Assembly (NCBI GenBank): GCA_049999805.1
Contig: JBNGIO010006164.1
Location: forward strand, 151,939 to 215,081
Reading direction: 5' to 3'
Length of the DNA stretch: 63,143 nt
From: Folioceros fuciformis
Taxonomy: Eukaryota
Positions 42,742-53,073 of the stretch are shown piece by piece (position 1 is the stretch's first letter; each line of letters opens with the position of its first letter). The translations under genes and the position numbers were made by a program. The notes beneath the pieces are model-generated. The model saw nothing but the letters and a program-made list of their open reading frames with translations, was not told where the DNA came from and made no database searches.

Positions 42742-45342
42742 ATGCATCGCAATCGCAGTGTTCAGTTCGGAGAGTCTCGTCTCCAGCAAGGTAGATGTGA
42801 CGGTGGATGCTTGCTTAAGAAAAAGGCCGCGGGTGGAATCCTGCGCTTTCGGGCAGTGGGTTGCAGCAGCCCTCCATGCCTGAACAAGAGGAGCAACGGA
42901 GAAGGCGAGCGAGTTAGAAACACGTCCCAGTTTCCACAAACAGCCGTTGTGAAGAGGCTTTTCAGGTGCGAAACCGTACAAGAAGCATTGCAGGTGTTTT
43001 ACGGTTTACCCAAACGGACTGTTCTCTCGTGGACAGCGATCATCGCAAGGTATGCCAGGAGTGGGAAGTACAATGAGGCGCTTGGGATGTATCGCCGAAT
43101 GCGGCAGGCAGGTGTGAAGCCCAACAAGTTCACTCTTGTCACCGTCCTGAAAGCTTGTAGCAAATTGGCGAACTTGAAAGAAGGCAAGCGTCTACATTTC
43201 CACCTCCTCAATCTCAACCGCCAGCTAGACCTGGTGGTGGGCAACACTCTGATTAGTATGTATGCTAAGTGTGGTAGCCTCTCGGATGCACGTGGGGTTT
43301 TTGACACTTTGTGCCAACGTGATGTTGTGTCATGGAATGTGATGCTTGCCGGATATGCTCAGCAACAGCGAAGTGAGGATGCTCTCAGACTGTACAGCCT
43401 AATGCAAGAGGAAGGTATTGTGCCAGATGATCGAACGTTTGTTAGTGTACTCAAAGCCTGTGGGAGTCTAGCAGCAGAGGAGGAGGACACGCTAGTAGAG
43501 GGGCTAGCGGTGAAACTAGAGTCCCTATGGAAGGGCAAGGTTGTGCATGCTCAGGTGGTGAACATGGGATACCAGGTGGACTCGTTTGTCAGCAGCACGG
43601 TCATTCACATGTATACAAGCTGTGGATGCCTTGTCGATGCAGAGCAGGTTTTTGATTCATTGCCTTGTCGAAACACAGTGTCCTGGAATACAATGATTGC
43701 AGGGTACACACAGCATGAACAAGCGGAGAAGGCTTTGCATCTGTACAATCAAATGGAGGATGAAGGTGTGAGACCAGATAATCGTACCTTTGTTAGTGTT
43801 GTCAAAGCCTGTGGCATCCTTGCAGCTTCTGACGAAGTTTTGTGTGTGGATGGCCAGTTGGTGAAGTTGAATGCACTCCGCAAGGGCAAGCAGACACATG
43901 CTGAAGCTCTTAGCGAGGGATATGAGTCGGACATTTTTGTGTGCAACACGCTGGTTGACATGTACTCCAAGTGTGGTAGCATTTTGGATGCCAGGATTGT
44001 GTTTGACACTTCGCCTGACCGCGATGTTGTGACATGGAATGCAATGATTGCAGGGTGCACCTTGCAGGAACAGGGTGATACAGCTCTCCAATTGTATGGC
44101 CGGATGGAGGGGAGTGGCGTGAAACCAGATGATCGCACATTTGTGAATGTGCTCAAAGCCTGTGGTAGCCTTGCAGTTGTTGAGAAGGAGACTGTCATTG
44201 ATAGAGTATCGGTGAGAGTGAACACCCTACACAAGGTTAAGGAAGTACACCATGACGTTGCCGGACGTGGATATGGGTCAGACATTTTTGTTGGCAGCAC
44301 TCTGCTACACACGTATGCCAACTGTGGGAGCATTGCCGATGCGCAGCGTGTTTTTGAAGTTTTGAAATGTCACCATCATGTGGTGGTATGGAATGCTATG
44401 CTCGCAGGATACAACCTTCAGGAACAGGGGGCGAAAGTATTGGAACTTTATGGCCGAATGCGAGAGTGCGGTGTGACACCAGATGAGACCACTTTCCTTT
44501 GCATTCTCAAAGCCTGCAGCAATATGGGGGCTTTGAATATGACTGCACAAATCCACCGTGATGTTTTGGAGTGTGGCTTGGGGTGGAGCCTGTCGGTGAG
44601 AAACACACTCATCCATGCGTATGGCAATTGTGGGAGCATGAAAGATGCTCAGAAGGTGTTCGTGTCGTTGTTGCACAAGCGAGATACTGTGTCCTGGAAT
44701 GCCTTGATTGCAGGATACGCTAGACAAGGTGATTGTGAAGGGAGTTTGAACTGTTTTGATGGAATGCGACAGATGCAGATGAGACCGGACGGAGTCACTT
44801 TTGTTTCTCTCCTGTCTGCATACAGTCACAGCGGTGTGGTTGAGACCGGCCTGGAATGCTTTTTGACCATGACTAGGGAGCATGCCATAACTGCGGCAAC
44901 TGAACATTATGTCAGTCTGATTGACCTTCTCGGCCGCGCAGGTCTCTTCAGCCAAGCTGAACACTTGATGTCCACAATGCCGACTGTTCCTCACTTAAGT
45001 GTGTGGTTGTCACTGCTTAGTGCCTGTCGTAAACATCACAATGTAGAGCTTGGGAGGAGAGCTTTTGAGCACGTAGTTTGCTTGGATCCGAAAAGAGGTG
45101 GCGCATACATGATGATGTTCAACATCTACACCCAAGCTTATATGTGGGATGCTGCTAAAGAGATTGAGGAGCTGCGAGTGCAGGCGGGTGCACCTAAAAA
45201 ACTAGGTCAGAGCTGGATCGAGTGCAATGAAGAGGTAGTGATGTTTGCTGCAGGTGACAGAAGCCATCACCAAACTCCTCAGGTGTACGCAAGGTTGGAA
45301 GAACTGAGTGTTGAAATGAAGGAAAGGGGAATCGACCTGTGA
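42742..45342 (+). CDS. PLS-E+ PPR protein with long (LL) L motifs, no deaminase
   Basis: ORF 42604-45342 with first ATG at 42742 (5' exon structure uncertain). Three 51-aa L motifs. Tail KKLGQSWIE...MKERGIDL*. Confidence 0.88.
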   Translation: MHRNRSVQFGESRLQQGRCDGGCLLKKKAAGGILRFRAVGCSSPPCLNKRSNGEGERVRNTSQFPQTAVVKRLFRCETVQEALQVFYGLPKRTVLSWTAIIARYARSGKYNEALGMYRRMRQAGVKPNKFTLVTVLKACSKLANLKEGKRLHFHLLNLNRQLDLVVGNTLISMYAKCGSLSDARGVFDTLCQRDVVSWNVMLAGYAQQQRSEDALRLYSLMQEEGIVPDDRTFVSVLKACGSLAAEEEDTLVEGLAVKLESLWKGKVVHAQVVNMGYQVDSFVSSTVIHMYTSCGCLVDAEQVFDSLPCRNTVSWNTMIAGYTQHEQAEKALHLYNQMEDEGVRPDNRTFVSVVKACGILAASDEVLCVDGQLVKLNALRKGKQTHAEALSEGYESDIFVCNTLVDMYSKCGSILDARIVFDTSPDRDVVTWNAMIAGCTLQEQGDTALQLYGRMEGSGVKPDDRTFVNVLKACGSLAVVEKETVIDRVSVRVNTLHKVKEVHHDVAGRGYGSDIFVGSTLLHTYANCGSIADAQRVFEVLKCHHHVVVWNAMLAGYNLQEQGAKVLELYGRMRECGVTPDETTFLCILKACSNMGALNMTAQIHRDVLECGLGWSLSVRNTLIHAYGNCGSMKDAQKVFVSLLHKRDTVSWNALIAGYARQGDCEGSLNCFDGMRQMQMRPDGVTFVSLLSAYSHSGVVETGLECFLTMTREHAITAATEHYVSLIDLLGRAGLFSQAEHLMSTMPTVPHLSVWLSLLSACRKHHNVELGRRAFEHVVCLDPKRGGAYMMMFNIYTQAYMWDAAKEIEELRVQAGAPKKLGQSWIECNEEVVMFAAGDRSHHQTPQVYARLEELSVEMKERGIDL

Positions 45343-45623
45343 TGTACCATCCCTCACCACAGTTTCAAGAATTGTAGCATTTGCAGGTCCTCGGTACAGT
45401 GTAATGAGACGAGAGGTGCTTCCCCCAGTTGACATCGCACCATTAAAAGCAAACGTCAAATCCAAGCCATGCCAGGGAGACGTGGTGATGTTTCCGAGTA
45501 TGTATGTAGGTGTGTGTGACTTCAGCAAAATTATGCCAGCACCATCAAAGTTTCATCATCGCTTTGTCAGGTGTACGCCTATATACATTACAATGTCAGT
45601 CAGAACTCCTGCCTTGAGCTGGC

Positions 45624-48078
45624 TCAATGAACCAGAGGGAGTAGACCCCATTGGTGCAGTAGACCTTGCCCTGTAGTCACCTCCAACACCAGCAGGCCCA
45701 ACACAGCCAGCATTGCCACTCGACCATTCCATGTCTCTGCACTTTTGGTCCAGCCCCATTCCCACACAGCCACAGGCGCTGGTAACTCCCTCCGCAGCGC
45801 ATCATACGTAGCGAGCAACTGCTCCACACTAGCCAGAGGCACCAGCGACTGCACGTATCACACTCACCACATCATTCATTTGAAATTCTTTCCTGGACAC
45901 AAATCTTAGAAATCAATGACAACATCCACAAAAGAAATAAAAACGTGCAAAGCACGGCAACATAGCAAAGGCACCTGACGCGCTTCAAGATTGGATACGG
46001 CCATGGCTCCAACGTAAGGGAGAGCCTCTATGACTGCATCTGCAAGGTCGTCGATGAAAGTAGGGTCACAACCTAGGGCTGGAACTCTGCCCCAGTTCAC
46101 GATTCCCGATTCAATTGCGAGCTCCCTGTACTCCATGTCGATCTCCTCCAGAGTTTCAATATGCTCACTCACGAAGCTGGTTGGCAGGCGGGGAAGGAAA
46201 CTCTTGAGTCCACGTAATACATCATAGCTAAAGTCATGGACGAGAAGCAAGGTTATTGAAAACGCTTTGCTGTTACACAGCACATCCACCAACCTTATGG
46301 GTACTGCCAGTAAACTCTTGGCTCCTCTCTTGCCCAGCATCCTAATGGTCTCATCCGTATAGGGCTTCAACCACTCAACAGGCCCCACCCTACTCTGCAT
46401 CACAAAGACACTATTGTCCTTGAGTTCCCAGCCATCACCTACTGAACATAGCCTGCAGCAGCAAATAACAATGCTCGAGGCTCTCGTGCGGGTCATACCT
46501 GATAAGCTAAAGTGTGCTCACAGGTTACTCCTCGCGTTTGCAATTCTGTCATGATAAGATCCACGCATTCCTCCATCTCCGCTTTGTAAGGATCGCCAGC
46601 TTCTTCAACATAGGAGACTGGCACGCCATGAGCGCTGAAAAATATGTTCACCTGCCATCATCTCCCCGTCAATGGAGCTTGCAACACTAAGCTTCTTCGG
46701 CCAAGACACAACACTCTTCTCGGTCGAGTTGCTCTGACCATCCTGCATGTGCGTAGCGACAACATTTAACTTCCAAGAGACAATGCGAACCTCATCAGGT
46801 CTTTCAAACTTCCTCAACTCCTGTTGTATTAAAGTTGCCATGGACTGCACATATCCTTCTCGCTGAAACCACGATGGGATAACCGTATGCTGCATGTTGA
46901 CAAGGTACTCGTCCTCCCTGAGAGGAAGTGTACAGGAACGAGGTTAACTAACAGCAATCTCCCTGCAGCTGTCACTACACTTATTACATGCAAGAATGCT
47001 GGCACCCTCATCATCCTCTGACCTGAAGATACTTTCCAGCAACCGGAGACTGGAGCCACTAGTAGATATGGAGAATTGGGGGTACAGAGGCAAGACCACC
47101 AGCCGAGTGATCCCATCCCTCTTAATCTGCAAAAGTCACACGCAAGTCTTCAAAATTTGGGATAAGATGCGTCCCGGGCTTCATAGCAGGCACTGGAATT
47201 GCAGCAAACCCACCACAAATGAGTTGCTCGACGCAAACTAGCCTACTGCCAAACCTGCTCAATCGCCTCTTCAGTGAATGGATGCCAATAGCGCATTCCC
47301 ACATAGACGTGGGCCTTCACATCCTTCCTGGCTAACGCTTCTCTGAGAGCTTCAGCCTGCAGAGGAGGCGAAACAAGAAAGGTTGGATCCTGAATGCGCA
47401 GCAGGCTACGCATTTCAGGTTGGATTCACATGATGCAGGAAAAGACAAGCGACCTGCTCGTTTGTTATCTTCCGCAGAGGCGAGCCTCCACCGATGGCAG
47501 CGTAGCCCTCAGCGCTTTTGGGAGCTCTCAGAGTGGAGATGAAGGACGCAAGTGGGCGCTGCATGAAGTTGAATAATCTTGGCAACCGAATGATATCCTG
47601 CATACCACAAAAGCTGTTGCACACGTCAATTATACACACCAGCTTCTGGAACAAAGAACACGGTGAGCGGGGAACAAGTGTTCAAGCTCACCGGATCCGC
47701 AAACAAGTTGTACAAGAAGGGCTGCACATCCTCCAGCGATTCAGGCCCGCCCAGATTCAGCAACAACACTCCCACCCGCTCAGCCTTGTCCTCCTCAATC
47801 TGGGCACCACCCACGGCCTCCAGCACAGAGTCCATGGACGACGCCGCTGCTGGTAGTTGAGGCCTCCTGCTCTCCTTCCAGTGTAGTCGAGCGAAGGAGG
47901 AGGCAGTGTGGGGTATGCACCCCACTCTGGCGTGGCTCCTGCCGCCGTGACCCACAACGCCATCGCCTGATGCTGCCTGCTGCACCGCGCTCGTGGTGGT
48001 GCGAGAAGGTAGCCGGGCCAGGCCTAGGCCCAGTGGTGGGTGGTGCTTGATATTGCTCCCCGGACAAATGCGTGCCAT
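45624..48078 (-). CDS. FC2: Plastid ferrochelatase with C-terminal CAB domain, multi-exon
   Basis: [79 protein letters not shown] motif [11 protein letters not shown]. Canonical GT-AG introns. Confidence 0.95.
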
Positions 48079-51000
48079 CGCTGTGGCAGGCAGGGCGAAG
48101 ACCAAGGCACGCACGGTGAAGGCAGCGACCAATCCCCACTAGGGTTGAGCCACACAATCCTTAGGTAGTGACAGCAGCAGCAGCATCTGCGTCTCCATGC
48201 CTGCCTTTGCTCTCTCGCAGGCGGCGGTTGCACAAGCGTTTACGATACACTACTGCCTGCTGCATACGAGACTGGGCTAGTACGTAATAGCTAGTGGTGA
48301 ACCCAAGGAGGCACACGACACTGCCTGCTGCTGTTGCTGGTCAGCAGAAGCACTGTGCCTCTTGGGCTGCCTGTCCTCCGACTGCTGGCAGTCGTCCGCT
48401 CTGCTTTCTTCCTTCCTTCTTTCCTGCCTTCCTTCCTCCGTGCCCTCCTTCCTTCCGTCCGCTCTCGGTGTCCCTCTTTCCTTTCCGTTGATCCCCGCCA
48501 CAGACTTGGGACCGCCACATACGCCGTTTAATAGGATGAAAAGTTGGATAAATCTGCCAACAATCCCAAAAGAGACCCAAATACATGCATGGTTACCAAA
48601 CAGATCACGATCCATGCGGTTTCCACAGGAAGGAGCAGTCAAGCCTCGGCATGCCGCAGGATGGGCGAACCTGCGACGCAAGACGGCGGATTGTTCACCC
48701 TACTTGTTATGCTTTGCTACAGGTGTGACACTGTGTGCCAGTATGGCCAAGTACGAGGGCAAATTGGAGACGAAGGGAGCAGCCTGGGCTAAGCAGAGCA
48801 GAGCCGATGTGGGTGTAGAATGCGACAGTCGGTCGGCCCGGGGGATCCTTCTAGGGTGCTGCTGCGCTTCTGTTTCGTTTACCATTGTTCAACAAACAAC
48901 AATACAGTGTCGTGCCGACGTTGACCCAACAGCTTTGTAGACCCAAGTGCCAACTGCAGGCGCAGGCGGCACAACGCGCGTGAGTACTCAGCATGTTGCC
49001 AGCGCGTCCTCCAGGAAATGGGGCAGTTGGTGTGCGTTCCCCCACCTCATGATCCATTCTCCTCTCCCGACACACCTTACTCCTCCACTTCACGCACTTA
49101 AGCAGCAGCAGCCTTGTTTCTACACTGCCTAGTAGACTTGCATGAGGCCAGCCTGACCTCCATCCTCTCGCCTGCTCATTCTCGAAGTTGAAGGTGCAAG
49201 CTTCACATTTTTTAACGGAGTCATGTCATGCACCTCTTGAAAAATGGGTTATCCATAGCAAATTGACGCACAATCAGAGCAACACCGTAGTTAAACATCC
49301 CCAGTCTAGATGAGGTGCCCAGAGGGAGTGGATGCCCATGGCCTTTGGTGCAAGTAGCTTAACCAGTGGCGCACGCCCACCACGGTGTAAAAACCAAACA
49401 AAGGGGTGTACATGGGGTGCTTACGAGATCTGGGTGCCTAGAGTGAGTGAACGGCCTTGCATCGGTGCAACTGGGTCAGGCGGACATGCCTTGTTGGATG
49501 GAGGGCACTTTGATAGGGAATTGTGCATGGAAAACTCCACGACTCCTCACACTTGTTTGTTGATAAATTGTAGACCCCCAATTGCAAGCCTGAACTGTAC
49601 CTTTGACAGTTGTGTAACTGTTTCATTGCTGTTGGTTTATGGCCAACGTAACGAGCTCAGGCAGGAGAAAGGTTAAGGAAGCTTGATGAGCTTGGCAGAC
49701 GCGACAGGATATCGCAGATTCTCAACCTGTGGGACGGACTCAGTTATTTCACAGCAAGCTCCAGCAGTTGTCAGGTACTGAGGAAGCTCCTACAGCCCAC
49801 AACACAACACAAACTGGTGGACAGCTTGCACACTTCACGTATCTACACAGCGAAAAACCCTCGTCATGTGGGACGCTACCAATTGCGAAGAGCAATGCCC
49901 AGGCCCCCATTGCCAGTGTGCTCTATTCCAATGTATTCACATGAGAGCATCGGCCATGCTTTGTGATCCTGGGCTCGTTACCTCATCTCACCCTGGAGAC
50001 ACGTCATGTGTCATTGAATCGTACCTTACCGAGGTCAATTGATGTATTCACTCTAACCCTAACCCTACTTCAGAGAACTTAAGAGCAGACGAGCGTTTCG
50101 TCAAACACGGTTGCTGCCCGCCCTCACAACATACGAAGTACATATGTACTTGGCACAGGATATTCCACACCAATAGGACAAGCCTAGGCCCAGCCAGGGT
50201 TTAGGGCATGGGCATTTGCGGCAAGCCACAGTACTGTACTGTGGTATGGATTCGTCGCCTGCACCAATCCATTCGATCAGTCTACAGTGTCTACAGAGGC
50301 ATCCGGATACCTAGTGAAGAGTCTACTGATTAAGGAGGACGAGGGTTCCGCACTCTTAGACTTTTATTTTCATCACTAACAGGTACCCTAAATCCATATT
50401 CAATATCACAGTTATTGCTCTTTGAAAAGCCATAAAGTTACAAAGCCAACAGTGTTGAACAACACTCCACACATTTAGTCTTGTTCCTTTCTTTCTAAGG
50501 AGTCCACACTTCTCCTAAATTTCTCCTATAATTTATGAGCATATAACCTTGTGTTACTTAATCAGATCATCATTATATAAAGTGATTTAGATGGTACCAC
50601 AAGACAACCAGCCAGCCTACCCTATTGGAACTCAGCCCTCAACCTTGGCCATGAAAACATACAAAAATGTACCTCTTAGTACCAAGGAGCTTTAAGACAA
50701 ATCACGAGGATGATAGCAACTTTGAAACCGATTATATTCTGGGCATCAATCATCACAAAGTCTTGGAGGACATGCCATTGGACTTCCTTTCCTCCCCAAA
50801 GTGTACTCAATAGCCTTTGCCTACACCTAGCCCATTGTGCAAGATGTGTGCATAAACATGATGTTCCCACTCCCACTCTGACTCCCATTGTTGGTTTATC
50901 TCGACCATGGACAAAAAATGAATGAGGTCACACCTTGATTGTCAGTCAATTAGTCAATTACTATCTGTCTTCTCTGTAATGTGATAAAGTTTAGAGTTTG

Positions 51001-51120
51001 TTTCTCATACTCAACATGGAACTTGTTGTTCTTTTGTGAACTTTATATGGTAGAAAAAACCATTGTTCACTTTTACGGCAATGCATGCAGTGCAAAGAAA
51101 AGTCCCTCCCCATACGGTTA

Positions 51121-51310
51121 AGAAGACAAGTCTCTAGGGAAGATGTCTGAAATATCAAGGAAGACAATTATGCAGTGGAGATGACTGCAATGCCAAAAAG
51201 ATAAGTCTCTATTGAAGATGTTTGAAATGATAAAGAAGACAAGTCTCTAGTGCAAATGTCTAAAATCACAAGGAAGACAAGTCTCTACTGGAGATGTATG
51301 AAATGACATA
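51121..51310. repeat. Degenerate tandem repeat of about 38 bp
   Basis: Recurrent GAAGACAAGTCTCTA...GA(A/G)ATGT(C/T)TGAAAT, about 5 copies. Confidence 0.7.
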
Positions 51311-51550
51311 GAAGCCACTCCCCCTTTTGCTCTCTTCCCCTCCTTTGGACACCATGAAACTATGTGATTGTCGCCATCCCCTACACCAAGGGATTGAGGA
51401 GATGCTCGGAAGGAGAAAAAGACTTGCATTACAAGGCTACAAGGCTAGGTACCCGTACTGCACATTTTATGATAGTGGAGTTTTATCATTTTATGATATT
51501 TGTCAATCTGTGCATCACATATTTGTATGTTGTCACAGCATACCAGTATC

Positions 51551-51563
51551 AGGGTTTAGGGTT
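51551..51563. promoter_or_regulatory. Telo-box-like element upstream of NSE1
   Basis: AGGGTTTAGGGTT about 230 nt upstream of ATG 51790. Confidence 0.45.
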
Positions 51564-51789
51564 CTAAAGACGTTCCGTTCCGTCCCACTGTCGAGAATAA
51601 TGTTGGAGATCCCTGAAGCAAACAAACCCGAGCTGGACACGACACACGACCTTGAAGGCTCGCTGGGATAGAAATAAAAGCGCGGTGAAAAGGTGGATGC
51701 AACGCAAAATAAAACACCGATCAGTGAGCGCGCCAAGAGCGGCTTCCTGGGTGCCGTGGAGCAAGCAAAGGTGGCACGGATTGACAGCC

Positions 51790-52970
51790 ATGGGGAAGGG
51801 CCAGCTGGATAAGAGGCATCACGCCTTCTTACAGGCGCTCATGACTCGAGGCCCGCTTCCTGAGGACGAGGTTGCCTCGTTGCACAGGGGCCTCTTTCCA
51901 GGGGACACTGGTGTGGCTCTCGCTGCCCCTTTCCTTCTCTTCTTCCTCTTTGCTGCTCCTGCGTGCTCACAATCGCTCTCGTGTGCTGGAATTTCAAAGA
52001 GGAACTCCTCGCTGTTATGGGCGCCATCAACAAGGAGCTGGACTTGGTGCAAATGGAGCTCAGATGGGCCAGAGACCAGAACACCGGGGTGATGAACTAC
52101 GGCCTGGTAAACAAGTTGAGCAACGCGCAGGCGAAGCTGGGCACGCGCTATTCCTGCGCGCAGATTCTTTTCTTCAACTCACTGGTACATCATTCCTCTT
52201 TCCCTCTTCCGCAATTTCCCTCAAGTTTTGCCTGGCCTGCCTGAGAGGAACCTTGCTCGACGTGCACGACGTGCAACATCTTCTGACATCATCATATACT
52301 CCAACAATGTGAGTGCAGGTGGAGGCCATCCTCCAAAATCCGTCTGGGGAGGTTTCAAGTACAGAGGTGTTCAATCTTCCACTCCTGAATCAGGTGACAC
52401 GCAGGATCACAACCTTCCTTCTTGCCGCTGCTTCTCAGCACACGCAAGGAGCTGATGTAGCTGTGCCTTCAACTCTGCTAGGCGGAGGCTGGTGTGAAAT
52501 TGACATTCGCTGAAACAGACAAGACCTTGAGGGATTTAAGCCGAGACAAGTGGCTGGACCGCAGGGATGACGGCTCTGTGTGCTTGGGTGTGAGGTCCTT
52601 TTTGGAATTTCGAACTGCGTTCAAGAATTTCGATGTGCCCTACTGTGCAGTTTGTCACGAGTCTGCAGTCAAGGTATGCAAAATCCCTTCCCTTCTTTCC
52701 TGCTGTGCACCTTAACGTGCTCGAAGGCTTAATCTTGTACAACTTGAAGCAGGCTCAGCCGTGCAGGAACGACGAGTGTTCTGTCAGAGTCCATTCCTAT
52801 TGCGTATCCATGATGAGAAAAAGCAAAAAACGGCTGGTTCGTCTTTTCTTCCCTTGTTTGCACCAATTTGTCCTTCTCAACCAATGTCCTTTGCTCACCC
52901 AACTCGTCCTTGTTGGATTGAATAGGTATCTCCAGTTTGTACAGGATGTGGAACAGAATGGCAAAGTTGA
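51790..52970 (+). CDS. NSE1: Non-SMC element 1 (SMC5/6 complex RING subunit), multi-exon
   Basis: HHAFLQALMTRGPL, INKELDLVQMELR..RDQ..G...YGLVN, KLGTRYS, LGVRSFLE. RING variant CAVCHE...C...C...HSYC...CTGCGTEW. In-frame GT-AG joins, stop TGA 52968-52970. Confidence 0.88.
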
Positions 52971-53073
52971 AGACATATACATACGTCCCTGCCCTGCCAT
53001 GTCCACAAAAAAGTGCCCAGTGAAAACATCTGAGCGCAGGCTGCCGCGGAAGAGAGAAGACACAGAGACCTGC

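Noticed and set aside
49363-49378. CAGTGGCGCACG, resembling a hAT/MITE terminal inverted repeat
   Set aside because: I found no matching inverted partner or target-site duplication.
50052-50206. Telomere-like CCCTAA / GGGTTTAGGG motifs (also about 26150 and 61011)
   Set aside because: Only 1-2 units each; at most telo-boxes, not telomeric arrays.
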